Of a DNA stretch of 64,000 nt, positions 38,676 to 48,933 are shown one piece after another. Position 1 is the stretch's first letter, and every line of letters begins with the position of its first letter. This DNA is from Vitiosangium sp. GDMCC 1.1324. GTDB lineage: Bacteria > Myxococcota > Myxococcia > Myxococcales > Myxococcaceae. The translations under genes were made by a program, and so were the position numbers. The stretch covers positions 579,493-643,492 of the forward strand of contig NZ_PZOX01000005.1 of the NCBI RefSeq assembly GCF_003044305.1, written 5' to 3'. Below the pieces are notes generated by a model. It made no database searches, was not told the DNA's origin, and saw only the letters and a program-made list of their open reading frames with translations.

Positions 38676-39899
38676 TTGAAACGAAGCACCCTCGTCGTCC
38701 TCGCTACACTCGCATCGAGCGCCGCGCTGGCGCAGGCCACCGACACCTCCACCGCGTCCGCTCCGGCCACCCAGCCGCAGGAGACGGCGCCCACCTCCCC
38801 CACCGGCGCGCAGTTGCCGCCTCCGGAAAAGACGGAGTCGGGCAAGGACACCACGACCACCAAGCCCGAGGCCAAGGCCACGAGCTGGACCGAGCGCGTG
38901 AAGCTGTCGGGCAAGGCCTACCTCCGCTACTCCTACGAGCTGGACGGGCCGTCCAAGAACGCCAACCAGTTCGCGCTCGATCGGCTCTACCTCCAGGGCG
39001 AATACCAGCTCACCGACAACTCGCGCTTCCAGGTGACGCTGGACGCCGGTGACACCCGCAACAGCGGCACCAACAGCGTCTTCTTCGCCGAGGCCAAGTA
39101 TGTCTTCCTCGAGTTGAAGAACCTGCTCGGCGCGGGCTCGTGGTTGCGCGCGGGGATGATCCCGCTGGCGTGGGTGCCCTACGCGGAGGACTTGTGGGGC
39201 TACCGCTTGCAGGGCCCCGTGGCGCTGGACCGGTTCGGCTACATCGCCTCGTCGGACCTGGGCCTGGCCCTGGGCGGTGCACTGCCTTCCAAGCACGGCA
39301 GCTGGCAGGTCAACGTGAACAACGGCGAGGGATTCCGGGTCGCGGAGATCGCCAAGCGCAAGGAGGTCCAGGCGCGCCTCACGCTCAATCCGCTCGCCTC
39401 GATGGGTGGACTGGCCGCCGGCCTCTTCGTCACCGGGTACGGCTCCTATGGCGAGTACGACGACGCGGGACTCGGAGCGCGCGTGAAGAGCCGGGTCATC
39501 GGCGAGATCGGGCTCCAGAGCCAGCCGCTCACCCTGGCGGCCGACTACTTCGTCGTCCGCGACTCCCAGCCCAAGGTGAGTGGCCGCTTCACGGTGGGGC
39601 CCGAGAGCATCGTGCACGGCCAGGGCCTCAGCGTCTTCGGCGTGCTCAACGTGGGGGCATTCGCTCCGGCCGTCAGCGGGCTCGACCTGCTGGCCCGCTA
39701 TGATCTGCTGGATCCCGACACGACGCTCGACCACAACGACACCCGGGTGCTCATCGCTGGCGTGGGCTACCGGTTCAACGGCTTCGTCAAGGGACTGGTC
39801 GACTACGAAAGCCAGGGCTACGGCGCCGACGTCGGCGGCCCCGGTACCCACAAGCCCACGGAGAGCCGCATCAAGCTCCAGACCGAAGTGCGGTTCTGA
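38676..39899 (+). CDS. outer-membrane beta-barrel (porin-like) protein
   Basis: TTG start at 38676 (MKRSTLVVLATLASSAALAQA signal peptide). Alternating amphipathic beta-strands. C-terminal ...TEVRF (terminal Phe). Confidence 0.6.
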   Translation: MKRSTLVVLATLASSAALAQATDTSTASAPATQPQETAPTSPTGAQLPPPEKTESGKDTTTTKPEAKATSWTERVKLSGKAYLRYSYELDGPSKNANQFALDRLYLQGEYQLTDNSRFQVTLDAGDTRNSGTNSVFFAEAKYVFLELKNLLGAGSWLRAGMIPLAWVPYAEDLWGYRLQGPVALDRFGYIASSDLGLALGGALPSKHGSWQVNVNNGEGFRVAEIAKRKEVQARLTLNPLASMGGLAAGLFVTGYGSYGEYDDAGLGARVKSRVIGEIGLQSQPLTLAADYFVVRDSQPKVSGRFTVGPESIVHGQGLSVFGVLNVGAFAPAVSGLDLLARYDLLDPDTTLDHNDTRVLIAGVGYRFNGFVKGLVDYESQGYGADVGGPGTHKPTESRIKLQTEVRF

Positions 39900-39908
39900 A
39901 GCGCGGTT

Positions 39909-40247
39909 CTAATGGCCCTGCGCAGGCGGGGGCTCCTGCTTCAGCGGCACTGGAGGCACGGGAGTCCCCGCCCCCGAGCCCCCGCTGCCCGAGCCCTCGC
40001 CGCCCGAACCCGAAGGCACCTCGGGCAGGGGCCAACCGAAGAAGAGTGGCCACCCCCGGTAGACGTCTGGAGAGACTCCCGTTGGCTGGGAAGCCTGTGG
40101 GCTCCCTGGCACGGCCTGAGCCTGGGGAACTGGCGCGTGGGCTGAAGCCTTCTGCACCTCGGGAGGTGTCCGCACCAGGACGTAGATGAGGATCACGCTC
40201 AGCAGGCTCAGCGCCACGATGCTCCACGCGCGCACTCTCTCGTCCAT
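39909..40247 (-). CDS. small membrane-anchored Pro-rich protein
   Basis: 112 aa. One TM helix (WSIVALSLLSVILIYVLV), then a Pro/Gly/Ser-rich tail. Confidence 0.4.
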   Translation of the reverse strand: MDERVRAWSIVALSLLSVILIYVLVRTPPEVQKASAHAPVPQAQAVPGSPQASQPTGVSPDVYRGWPLFFGWPLPEVPSGSGGEGSGSGGSGAGTPVPPVPLKQEPPPAQGH

Positions 40248-40270
40248 CCCAACGTCTCCGGCGCACTCCG

Positions 40271-42091
40271 TCAGAACTGCCCTCTCTGCAACACGTCACT
40301 CTTGGAAACCGTCCCCAGCAGGCGCCGGTCGCGATCCACCACGGGCAAGCGCTCGAGCGTCGTCTTCCCGAAGCTCCTGGCCACCTCGGCCAGGGAGAAG
40401 CTCGGGGTGATGACGGGCACGTTCACGTCCATCACGTCCGCGGCTACCGTGGCCTCCAGAAGGGTGTGGTCCGGCAGGTGCCCCTTGAGCGCATCGAGCA
40501 CGATGACCCCCAGCAGACGGCCCTGCGAATCCGTGACGTAGAGGTCCGCACCAGGAGGCTGCTCGAGCAGCAGCACCACCACCTCCTGGAAGGGCGCCGA
40601 GGGGTTGATCCGCTGTTCCACGGGCTTCAACAAGGCACGGGCCCCCTCCTCGCGCAGCCACTGGGGGACGGTCGCGGGCATCCGCACGTTGCGGCGGTTG
40701 AGCACCGAGGTGTAGAGCGACTCTGGCTCCAGCCAGCGGCTCACCACCGCGGAGATCACCGCGCAGAGCATCAACGGGAGGATGAGATCGTAGTCCGCCG
40801 TCATCTCGAAGATGAGGAGCACGGAGGACACGGACGCATGCGTCGTGCCCGCGAGCACGGCCACCATGCCCAGCAGCGCATAGGCCCCACTCGGAGCCCC
40901 ACCGGGCCACAGCACCCCGACCCCCGCTCCGAAGGCGCCTCCCAGCAGGGCACCGTAGAAGAGTGACGGGGTGAAGAGACCACCAGGAACGCCCGCGCCC
41001 GCGCACAACGATGTGGCCAGGAGCTTCGCCAGCGGGAGCATCGCGAGCAGGAGCAACGGCATCTTCCCGAGCAGCGCCGCGTTCACCGAGTCGTAGCCGT
41101 TACCGAGGAGATACGGCAGCCAGATGGCGGCCAGGCCCACCAGGCTCATGGCCACCAGGGGCAGGAAGGGCTGGAGCCAGTCGGGTGCCCGGGCCAGGCT
41201 GTCGGACAGCAGATTGATGCCACGCACGTAGAGGGCGGAGGCGGCTCCCATCAGCACGCCCAGCAGGAGCGCGAGCATCAATTCGCGCGGGTGTGTCAGC
41301 ACGTAGTGCGGGATGACGTAGATGGGACGGTCGGCGACGAAGGCGCGCGACACGAGCGTCGCGACCACGCAGGAGACGACGATGGGGCCGAACAGCTCGA
41401 GCGCGAAGCTGCCCAGCAACACCTCGAGTCCGAAGAGCGCGGCCCCGATGGGGGCGTTGTAGGCGGAGGCGATGCCCGCCGCGGCCCCACACGCCACCAG
41501 GAGGCGAGCCTGCCCCGAGGGGAGCCTCAACCGATGGGCGAGAGCGGAGCCGCTGGCGGCCCCCGTCGAGAGGAGCGCACCCTCGCGGCCCAGCGGCGCC
41601 CCCAGTGCCACCGCGATGATCGACACGAAGCCCCGGAAGAGCGCTCGCAAGAGAGACAGGCGGCCCGCCTTCACCCAGATGGACTCGATGATGCCCGCGG
41701 TCCCATGCCCGCGCAGGGGTTGCCCGACGAGCAGGGTCATCAGGGACACGAGCGCTCCGCCCAGCACCGGCACGAGGAAGCGGCGCCAGGGGGGTGAGGC
41801 GATGACGCCCGCGAGGAACCCCTCCACCTCGCTGCGCCAGAAGAGGTGCTGGGTGAAGCGGAGCACCTTGAGGAGCACCACCGCTCCCAGGCCAGAGATG
41901 AGGCCCACCGCGACGACGAGCCCCCAGAAGCGATTCTCCGCCCTTGCCAGGCCGCGCAGGATGCCGCCAAGCGGGGGAGATGTGCGCCGGGGGAGCTCCG
42001 CCTCGGGAAACGAAGTCGTCCGCTCGGAGGGGTGCTCGGAGTGGTGAAGGATGCCCACGCCACAGGAAGGTAGGAAGCGCGCTCGGGACAT
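40271..42091 (-). CDS. ClC-family voltage-gated chloride channel with C-terminal CBS pair
   Basis: ATG at 42091 (MSRARFLPSCGV...) within ORF 40271..42148. GREGAL, GAPIGAALFGLE and LFTPSLFYGALLGGAF are ClC selectivity/gating motifs. The C-terminus has two CBS-like repeats. Confidence 0.85.
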   Translation of the reverse strand: MSRARFLPSCGVGILHHSEHPSERTTSFPEAELPRRTSPPLGGILRGLARAENRFWGLVVAVGLISGLGAVVLLKVLRFTQHLFWRSEVEGFLAGVIASPPWRRFLVPVLGGALVSLMTLLVGQPLRGHGTAGIIESIWVKAGRLSLLRALFRGFVSIIAVALGAPLGREGALLSTGAASGSALAHRLRLPSGQARLLVACGAAAGIASAYNAPIGAALFGLEVLLGSFALELFGPIVVSCVVATLVSRAFVADRPIYVIPHYVLTHPRELMLALLLGVLMGAASALYVRGINLLSDSLARAPDWLQPFLPLVAMSLVGLAAIWLPYLLGNGYDSVNAALLGKMPLLLLAMLPLAKLLATSLCAGAGVPGGLFTPSLFYGALLGGAFGAGVGVLWPGGAPSGAYALLGMVAVLAGTTHASVSSVLLIFEMTADYDLILPLMLCAVISAVVSRWLEPESLYTSVLNRRNVRMPATVPQWLREEGARALLKPVEQRINPSAPFQEVVVLLLEQPPGADLYVTDSQGRLLGVIVLDALKGHLPDHTLLEATVAADVMDVNVPVITPSFSLAEVARSFGKTTLERLPVVDRDRRLLGTVSKSDVLQRGQF

Positions 42092-42144
42092 GCCTGCCCT
42101 CACGCTCTTCCGCCCGCCCCCCGAGGGAGCACCCCGGGCCCGTC

Positions 42145-42960
42145 TCACGGCTGCCGGGACGTGGCTCCAAGGAGCGCCTGCCGCACCGCCGCGCGCACGG
42201 GCCCGGGCACCTCGTCACCCGGGATGCGCCGGCACAAGGACACCGTGCGCTTGAGGGCCTCACAGGCCTGGGCACATCGCGGACAGCGCGACAGGTGTTC
42301 CTCGATGCGCACGCAGGTGGCTTGATCGATCTCCTGGGCCGCGTACTCCGAGAGTTCCTGGGAAAGCTCCGGACACCCGGGACCGGCCACCTGCCGCTCG
42401 TCACCCAGGAGGGTGGCCAGGTGCTCTCGAAGCTGGAGGCGCGCCCGGTGCAACCGGCTCTTGAGGGCCCCCACTTCGATTCCCACCACACGCGCGGCCT
42501 CCTCGGCGGAGAGGCCCTCCACGTCCCGGAGGATGAGCACCTCGCGGAGGCTCTCGGGCAACGCGGCCATGGCCGCCTGCAACACCTCTCCCATCTGCCT
42601 GGCGTGCGAGACCTCGTCGGGCGTGCTCCGCTCGGAGGGAACGAGGTTCGCGGCGGGCGAGTCGAGCGGCTGGAAGTCCTCGGGAGCCCCCACCCGCCGG
42701 CGCCGCAAGCGCGAGCACCAGGTGCGCGCCACCAGGTAGAGCCAGGTGGACAGCTCCGCCTCCCCTCGGAAGGAGTGGAGCCCTCGGAAGGCGGCCAGCA
42801 ACGTCTCCTGGAGGACCTCCCTGGCGTCCTCCTCCGAGCCGCACATGCGCAGCCCGAACCGGTACACCTGATGCTCGTGCCGGGCGAGCAGCTCGTCCAG
42901 CGCCTTCTCGTCTCCGGCCCTCGCAGCCTCCATCAGCTCCACATCCGTCCTGCCTGCCAT
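42145..42960 (-). CDS. ECF sigma factor fused to ZAS-type (HxxxCxxC) anti-sigma-like zinc domain
   Basis: ATG at 42960 (MAGRTDVELMEAARAGDEKALDELL...) is preferred; the ORF extends to 43665 through a Pro/Arg-rich leader. Sigma-70 regions 2 and 4 (...EDAREVLQETLLAAFRGLHSFRGE...; ...LREVLILRDVEGLSAEEAARVVG...). C-terminus EHLSRCPRCAQAC. Confidence 0.75.
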   Translation of the reverse strand: MAGRTDVELMEAARAGDEKALDELLARHEHQVYRFGLRMCGSEEDAREVLQETLLAAFRGLHSFRGEAELSTWLYLVARTWCSRLRRRRVGAPEDFQPLDSPAANLVPSERSTPDEVSHARQMGEVLQAAMAALPESLREVLILRDVEGLSAEEAARVVGIEVGALKSRLHRARLQLREHLATLLGDERQVAGPGCPELSQELSEYAAQEIDQATCVRIEEHLSRCPRCAQACEALKRTVSLCRRIPGDEVPGPVRAAVRQALLGATSRQP

Positions 42961-43168
42961 CGTGCCCTTCCCTCGTCTCGGACGTCTCTCATCCTGGCCC
43001 GGTTCGGGGTGATGAATCCTTTTCGCAGGCTCCTGGCTCTCACAGGGCAGAGACCTGAACGATGATTTTCCGCCAGCTTTTCGACCCCGAATCCTCCACC
43101 TGACCAGGCGCCATTGTGATGCGCATCCCTCGACCCCCTCATCCCTCAACCCCCTCAGGTGGCATCGA

Positions 43169-43594
43169 ATGACCCCGATGGTATTTCCCCTCCTGGGAGG
43201 CGCCCTCCTCGGGCTGAGCGCCTCCCTCTTGCTGCTCTTCAACGGCCGTGTCGCTGGCATCAGCGGCATCGCTGGCGGGCTGCTTCCCCCCACGCGTGGA
43301 GAACTCGGCTGGCGGCTGGCGTTCCTCGCGGGCCTCGTGGCCGGAGGCCTGTTGCTGCGCGTCCTCTGGCCCGCGTCGCTGGAGTCCTCCGCCCGCCCCG
43401 GAGCCATCGGGTTGGTGGTGGCGGGCCTGCTCGTCGGCTTCGGCACGCGGCTGGGCAGCGGCTGCACCAGCGGCCACGGAGTGTGCGGACTGGCCCGTGG
43501 CGCCACACGTTCCCTCGTGGCCACCCTCACCTTCATGGCAACGGGGGCCCTCACCGTCTTCGTCGTGCGCCACGTGCTGGGAGGTGGCCAGTGA
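43169..43594 (+). CDS. YeeE/YedE-family (DUF395) membrane protein, half 1
   Basis: 141 aa; four TM helices. [12 protein letters not shown] is the conserved-Cys motif of YeeE/YedE sulfur transporters. Confidence 0.8.
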   Translation: MTPMVFPLLGGALLGLSASLLLLFNGRVAGISGIAGGLLPPTRGELGWRLAFLAGLVAGGLLLRVLWPASLESSARPGAIGLVVAGLLVGFGTRLGSGCTSGHGVCGLARGATRSLVATLTFMATGALTVFVVRHVLGGGQ

Positions 43595-44070
43595 AGGCCG
43601 TGTGGACCGCGGGAATCGCCGGGCTCCTCTTCGCCCTGGGTCTCGGGCTGGGCGGCATGACGCAACCCTCCCGGGTGCTGGGCTTCCTGGACGTGACGGG
43701 GGCGTGGGATCCCTCACTGGCCTTCGTCATGGCGGGCGCGCTCGGCGTGCACGCCGTCCTCCAACGCCTCATCCGCCGCCGGAAGGCGCCCGTGCTGGCC
43801 GCCCACTTCCCTGCCATCTCCCGAACGCGAGTGGACGGGCGCCTCGTCACCGGGGCCGCGCTGTTCGGCGTGGGCTGGGGGCTCGCCGGTTACTGCCCGG
43901 GCCCCGCCTTCACCGCGCTGGCGACCGGCGGCAGGGAGGCAGTGCTGTTCACCCTCTCCATGCTGGGCGGGATGCTCCTCTTCACGGCGTGGGAGCGCGC
44001 CTCGGCTCCGGTCCCGGATGCCGCGGGCAGGGAGGTGCGGCACGCCACCGCGAGCGACAACGGGCGGTAG
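43591..44070 (+). CDS. YeeE/YedE-family (DUF395) membrane protein, half 2
   Basis: GTG start overlapping the upstream stop (GTGA). [13 protein letters not shown] motif. Confidence 0.7.
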   Translation: MKAVWTAGIAGLLFALGLGLGGMTQPSRVLGFLDVTGAWDPSLAFVMAGALGVHAVLQRLIRRRKAPVLAAHFPAISRTRVDGRLVTGAALFGVGWGLAGYCPGPAFTALATGGREAVLFTLSMLGGMLLFTAWERASAPVPDAAGREVRHATASDNGR

Positions 44071-44101
44071 CGGGAGGGCCACGGCTGGCGCTCTGCGCCA
44101 C

Positions 44102-46228
44102 TCAACCGGCCGGTGCACTCACCGGAGGGCGCTGTTGCACCGGAGCGACGACCTGTGGCGGGCGCTGCCTCACGGCATCGAGGTCCTGCACCAGGCGCCG
44201 GTACAGCGCGCTCCGGCCGAGCCGGATGTCACGAGCGGCCCCCTGGACGGGGACGAAGTGCCCCTTGCCTCCCTTGAAGAGCCGGGCGAAGGGGTGCGGC
44301 AGCCGCCGGAGCTCTTCCAGGTCCGAGTGGAGGGTCCGCTCCAGGGCGTCCGGCGAATCGGCCCGGATGGAGCCGACGAGCGACATCAACTCGCGCGCCA
44401 CCTGCCGGCTGGCGGCGGTCTCTCCTTCGGCCAGCTCATCCGATAGCTGACGGGCCGCGGTGTACTCGTCATAGAGGGCATCCAGGTTCTGGCGGAGCGT
44501 GGCCATGAGGGTCCGCCAGACCTCGGTCTCCGGCAGAGCCCCGGTCGGATCCGCGCGCGTGCGGACGGCCGCGAGCACGCGCTCGGTGGTGGTCGCGTCG
44601 AGCTGCTCCTTCACCCCGCCCGGGCTGGAGCCCTCGAATGCCGCGACGACGGGGGAGGTGTCGATGGTGAGGGACGCGGGCGCCTGGCCGACACCGCGTG
44701 AGCAGACGGCCTCGAGCGTCATACGCAGCGCGGGCTCCGCGACGGGCTCGCCACGACACAGGCCCTGCTCGCGGCACGCATCCAACAGCTCGCCCCGCTT
44801 GCGCCCGAGGCTCGCCACCAACGACTCGATGGAGGGCAGACCCCCACAGCGCAGAGGGTGCGGCAGGTCGTCCGCGTCGAAGGCACATGCCGGAGCGGCG
44901 CCGAGGAAGGCCTGGGAGGCCCGCTGGAACCGCTCGCGCAGCTCGCGCTCCTGCTTGCAGGACGACGGGCCCCCGACGGGCAATGACGCCAGGGTCTCCA
45001 GCTCCCGCCGGTACTTCACGAGCGCCTCGCCAAGCGCGAAGAGGTCGGACCGGGGCTTGCTCTCGAGCACGGCCCGCGCCGTCCGACAGGGGAGGCTCTC
45101 GACAGGGAGCTGGGTGTCGCCGCGCCCGCAGACCTCCCCGTGGATGCTCGCCAACTCGTACACCCGCACCGCCATCTCCTCCCGTCCGAGTTCCGACTGG
45201 AGACGCTCGAGCGCATTGCGCAAGCGCAGGAAGCGCGGCTGATGGGCCGCGGCGAGCCCCTCCACCGGACAGCGCTCCGCGAGCCCCGGCTTCCCGCTCC
45301 AGGCGCCTTGCTCCAGCGCCGCCGCGCACTCCCGGGAGAACACCGTCGCCGGCAGCGGCTCCACCTGGAGGCGCGCGAACACGGCGAACTCCGGATAGCG
45401 GCTGCCGCTCGCGCTCACACGGAGCTGGCCGTCCCGCACCTCGTGCGTGGAGGCGAAGTCCTCGGCGGAACCATCCGCCTCCGTCACCACCACCACCTGC
45501 GAGCCCAGCACCCCACCGCAAGTCAACGGACTGTCCCGGCACGCCTGGAGCCGCTTCAGGACGAGGGGCTGACCGAGCTGCTCGTCCGTCTGTTCGATCC
45601 ACGCCAGCGCGCGGTCCGACGACTTCTTGAAGCCATCCCCCGCTTCGTCGCCCATCACGCCCGTGATGGCGCCCCTGGCCCTCGCCGTCGCGGCTCCCAG
45701 CAGATCCTCGAAGAGCTGTCTGCCGAACGAGGGAAGCAGCGCCACACCGATGGAGATCTCCACGTGGTCATCCACCGGCATCGGAGCCGAGATGGGAATG
45801 CCGAAGCGCGCCGCCACGGGCCCTTGCGCCGAATCGGCCCCGGCCAGGCGCACCTCGGCCTTCTTTCCGTCCTCCCCCGTGGGCTCGATAGCCACTCCAC
45901 GCCCCTGCTCGTCCACGAGCAGGTACGCCTTGCGGGACTGCCCCCCGGCGCTCACCACCACGGTGATCTTCTGCACGGAGTTGAAGATCAGCCGCCAGGG
46001 CAGTCCGCGCGCGGCGGGCTCCTGGAAGCCGAGTTCGACCGAGGCGTAGAGCGGCATCCCGGCGGGGAAGGTGACCTGCTTCAGCTCGCGCGCCGTGGCG
46101 TGCCGCCAGTCCAGGGTATCCAGTGCCTTCGCCTCGGGACGGAGGGTCAGGGCCACCACACCGGCGCGGGCCTGACTACAGACCAGAAGGCTCGCGACCA
46201 GGAGGTAGCGGATCAACGGATGGCGCAT
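44102..46228 (-). CDS. large secreted Cys-containing hypothetical protein (~709 aa)
   Basis: ATG at 46228 (MRHPLIRYLLVASLLVCSQARA, signal peptide) within ORF 44102..46318. No recognised domain. Multiple Cys pairs. Confidence 0.65.
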   Translation of the reverse strand: MRHPLIRYLLVASLLVCSQARAGVVALTLRPEAKALDTLDWRHATARELKQVTFPAGMPLYASVELGFQEPAARGLPWRLIFNSVQKITVVVSAGGQSRKAYLLVDEQGRGVAIEPTGEDGKKAEVRLAGADSAQGPVAARFGIPISAPMPVDDHVEISIGVALLPSFGRQLFEDLLGAATARARGAITGVMGDEAGDGFKKSSDRALAWIEQTDEQLGQPLVLKRLQACRDSPLTCGGVLGSQVVVVTEADGSAEDFASTHEVRDGQLRVSASGSRYPEFAVFARLQVEPLPATVFSRECAAALEQGAWSGKPGLAERCPVEGLAAAHQPRFLRLRNALERLQSELGREEMAVRVYELASIHGEVCGRGDTQLPVESLPCRTARAVLESKPRSDLFALGEALVKYRRELETLASLPVGGPSSCKQERELRERFQRASQAFLGAAPACAFDADDLPHPLRCGGLPSIESLVASLGRKRGELLDACREQGLCRGEPVAEPALRMTLEAVCSRGVGQAPASLTIDTSPVVAAFEGSSPGGVKEQLDATTTERVLAAVRTRADPTGALPETEVWRTLMATLRQNLDALYDEYTAARQLSDELAEGETAASRQVARELMSLVGSIRADSPDALERTLHSDLEELRRLPHPFARLFKGGKGHFVPVQGAARDIRLGRSALYRRLVQDLDAVRQRPPQVVAPVQQRPPVSAPAG

Positions 46229-46310
46229 GAGATCCCTCGGGGGAGCAAGAGGGGGGAACGACCCTTTCCCCAACGGACGTGCCGCTACTTTATTCACTCG
46301 AGCCGCCCGC

Positions 46311-46742
46311 TCACTCACCCTTGCCGAGCACGAAGGACAGGAGCAGGAGGCAGAGCACCCCGAACGTCACCGCCATGAAGAGGCGGTCGCGCTGACGACC
46401 AAAGACGAGGAGTGAGAGGGCTACACGGACAACCGGTGTGGCGATCAACACCATCAGTCCCACCATCACCAAGGCCTGCCCCCGGATGGCCTCCACGCCC
46501 GCGAGCACGTCCGAGAGCGAATGAGGCGCATGCTCCGGGGCGGTGAGACGCCGGAGGGCCTGCGCGGAGGAGAAGTAGTCGGGGTGGTGGAAGAAGGTCA
46601 CCACCATGCCGACGGACACCAGCGAGAGGCTGAGCACCACGCCGAAGCGCAGCAGGTTGCTGATGAGCAGCTCGGGGCCCGTGGACTCGCGAGCCAGTTC
46701 CGGCGCGGTGGATTTCGCCTGGACGGTGGAAGGCTCGCTCAC
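46311..46742 (-). CDS. DUF1634-like small membrane protein
   Basis: GTG at 46742 (VSEPSTV...). Three TM helices (...LLRFGVVLSLSLVSVGMVVTFF...; ...ALVMVGLMVLIATPVV...; ...FMAVTFGVLCLLLLSF...). Confidence 0.55.
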   Translation of the reverse strand: MSEPSTVQAKSTAPELARESTGPELLISNLLRFGVVLSLSLVSVGMVVTFFHHPDYFSSAQALRRLTAPEHAPHSLSDVLAGVEAIRGQALVMVGLMVLIATPVVRVALSLLVFGRQRDRLFMAVTFGVLCLLLLSFVLGKGE

Positions 46743-46890
46743 GAGCTCGGCCCCTTGCGCGGCATGATCGAGGTCACATCCTTCTCCCTGGCCCGGCGAG
46801 GTGCAAACTCCGCGCACCCTCGCCGAGCCCGCCTGTCTGCTCCAGTCCGGTAGAGGACAAGGCCCGCCCTGGAGCGAAGCCGGCCCGACC

Positions 46891-48789
46891 TCAGGCCTTG
46901 GGTTCGGGCGCGGGCAGGGACGGGTTCATCCCCTGGGAACTGGCCACCAGCATGCGCCCGAGCAGCGCCTCCGTCAGCCCGCCGCTGCCCGCCCCGCCCA
47001 CGGCGATGTCCGGCACCAGCTTCACGTGGTGCTCGCCCAGGATGCTGGCCACCTGCACCGCGGTGTAGGCCGTGGGGCCCAGGGCCTCCTGGCCCTGACG
47101 GTGGGCCTCGGCCTTCGCGGAGCCCACCTTGAGCACCAGCTCCGACTCGGCCTCGGCCCGGGCGGAGCCCACCCTGCGCACCGACTCGGCCTCCGCCTCC
47201 GCCTTCGCCAGGCCCACCATGCGCACCGACTCGGCCTCCGCCTCCGCCTTCGCCCTCACCGACGCCGCATCACCACGAGCCGACTCCACCTGCGCCCGAG
47301 CGTTCTGCTCGCTGATGCGCACCTGCTGCTCGCTGCGCACCACCTCCGCCTGGATGTTGGCGATGGCCAGCTCGCGCTGCAGATCCTGCCGCTTCATCTC
47401 CGCCAACCGCTGCACCTCGTAGGTGCGCTGCAGCTCCTCGGCGATCTTCCGGTCCGTCTGCGTCTTCATCAGCTCCGCGGGCGGCACGATGTCGCCAATG
47501 AGCGTGTCGATGCACTCCACGTCATACGCCTGGATGGCCTTCTTGATGGCCTCGAAGGCCTGCTTCTGCCGCTCGCTGCGCGCGGAGAGGAACTCCAGCA
47601 CCGTCACCTCCTGCGCCGAGTTGCGGAAGTAGTTGCCCACCGTGGGCTGGAGCACGTGGTCCACCAGGTTCTGCATGCTGCCCACCCGCGAGATGACGCG
47701 CGGCGCGTTCTTCACGCCGATGTGGATGATCTGCGACACGTCCAGGCTGAAGCTGAACCCATCCTTGCTGCGCACCAGGATGCTGGAGAGCTTGTCGTCG
47801 TAGTGGTGCGCCTCCGTGCGGTTGGCCCAGTTGAGAACGATGTTGGTGGTGGGCACCAGCTCCACCTTCATCACCCGCATGTTGAGCGGGTGCTTGCCGG
47901 GCAGCAGCGGCTCCACCCACACGCCCTTGTGCCCGCGCTCCACCAGGTCTCCGTGCGTGAACGCGTCACCGGACACGTCCACGTGCTCGCTGCCCACGTA
48001 GGACACCACCACGCCCACGTAGCCGATGGGAATCTCCGTCAGGGAGATGAGCTCCACCTGCACGAACCACGGGTTGAGGTTCCACGAGCCCGACATCAAC
48101 ACCTCCTCCTGGAGGCCACGGCAGCCGCCCGCGTCGATGAAGGCCTGCGGGCTCTGGAAGCTGTCATGGCGCGCGGCCACGGGGCCGGCCAGGTCACCCG
48201 GAGGCACCGGCTTGCCGTCCAGCACCGTGACGATGCCCACGCGATCCGGCGGCACCTGGAAGACACGGAGCTGGGCCGGGTGCATGCCGTGCTTCTCCGC
48301 GTTGGCGCTCCTCACCACCTCGAAGAGCGCGGGGTTGATGCGGTAGTGGCCCGCGGTGAGGAAGCCGCTCTGCCGGCCGCGCTCGCCCTCGTTGGAGAGG
48401 AACGCCTCCGCGTCCTGGTAGTTGTCGCACTCCACCTCGCGCCCGAGGATGCGCTCGCTGGGCAGCGGCGCGCCGTCCTTGGCCACCACGAGCGCCACCT
48501 CTCCCTGCGGGACGATGATGAGCGGCACTCGCTCCACCTTGTACTGCCAGCGCCACAGGCCGTAGTGCCAACCCGGAGGCAGCATCCGCGCCTGGTAGCC
48601 GGCCTCGCCCGAGCGGGCGATGAGCCGCCCCGGAGGCAGCGGCCGCCCGAAGCGCCGGATGACGAGCCCGGACTCGCCCTCGCGGATGACCCAGGTGCCA
48701 AGCATGAAGATGACCCAGAACGTCACGCCGGACAGCAGCAGCAACGCCGCGCCGACGAACAGGGGATGGGTCGGGATGAAGTCGAACAT
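46891..48789 (-). CDS. SPFH/band-7 (flotillin-like) membrane protein
   Basis: ATG at 48789 (MFDFIPTHPLFVGAALLLLSGVTFWV, TM anchor), preceded by gaaaggaaa. SPFH domain, then a long EA-rich coiled coil with AEAEAESVR repeats. The ORF extension to 49302 is rejected. Confidence 0.8.
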   Translation of the reverse strand: MFDFIPTHPLFVGAALLLLSGVTFWVIFMLGTWVIREGESGLVIRRFGRPLPPGRLIARSGEAGYQARMLPPGWHYGLWRWQYKVERVPLIIVPQGEVALVVAKDGAPLPSERILGREVECDNYQDAEAFLSNEGERGRQSGFLTAGHYRINPALFEVVRSANAEKHGMHPAQLRVFQVPPDRVGIVTVLDGKPVPPGDLAGPVAARHDSFQSPQAFIDAGGCRGLQEEVLMSGSWNLNPWFVQVELISLTEIPIGYVGVVVSYVGSEHVDVSGDAFTHGDLVERGHKGVWVEPLLPGKHPLNMRVMKVELVPTTNIVLNWANRTEAHHYDDKLSSILVRSKDGFSFSLDVSQIIHIGVKNAPRVISRVGSMQNLVDHVLQPTVGNYFRNSAQEVTVLEFLSARSERQKQAFEAIKKAIQAYDVECIDTLIGDIVPPAELMKTQTDRKIAEELQRTYEVQRLAEMKRQDLQRELAIANIQAEVVRSEQQVRISEQNARAQVESARGDAASVRAKAEAEAESVRMVGLAKAEAEAESVRRVGSARAEAESELVLKVGSAKAEAHRQGQEALGPTAYTAVQVASILGEHHVKLVPDIAVGGAGSGGLTEALLGRMLVASSQGMNPSLPAPEPKA

Positions 48790-48933
48790 GGGGGGACGTT
48801 TCCTTTCGGGTGTTGCCCACCGGAAGTGCATCCGCCCTGCCAAAGCCAACCCCTTGGATTTCCTCGGGCCGCGCTCGCGCTCCAGCGTCTGGACCGAATT
48901 GGATTTCGGTTCGGCCGGTGTTCCAATGACGCC

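Noticed and set aside
42961-43665. N-terminal 235-aa extension of the ECF/ZAS sigma ORF
   Set aside because: It is a Pro/Arg/Ser-rich low-complexity leader. The ATG at 42960 gives the canonical sigma region 2 start.
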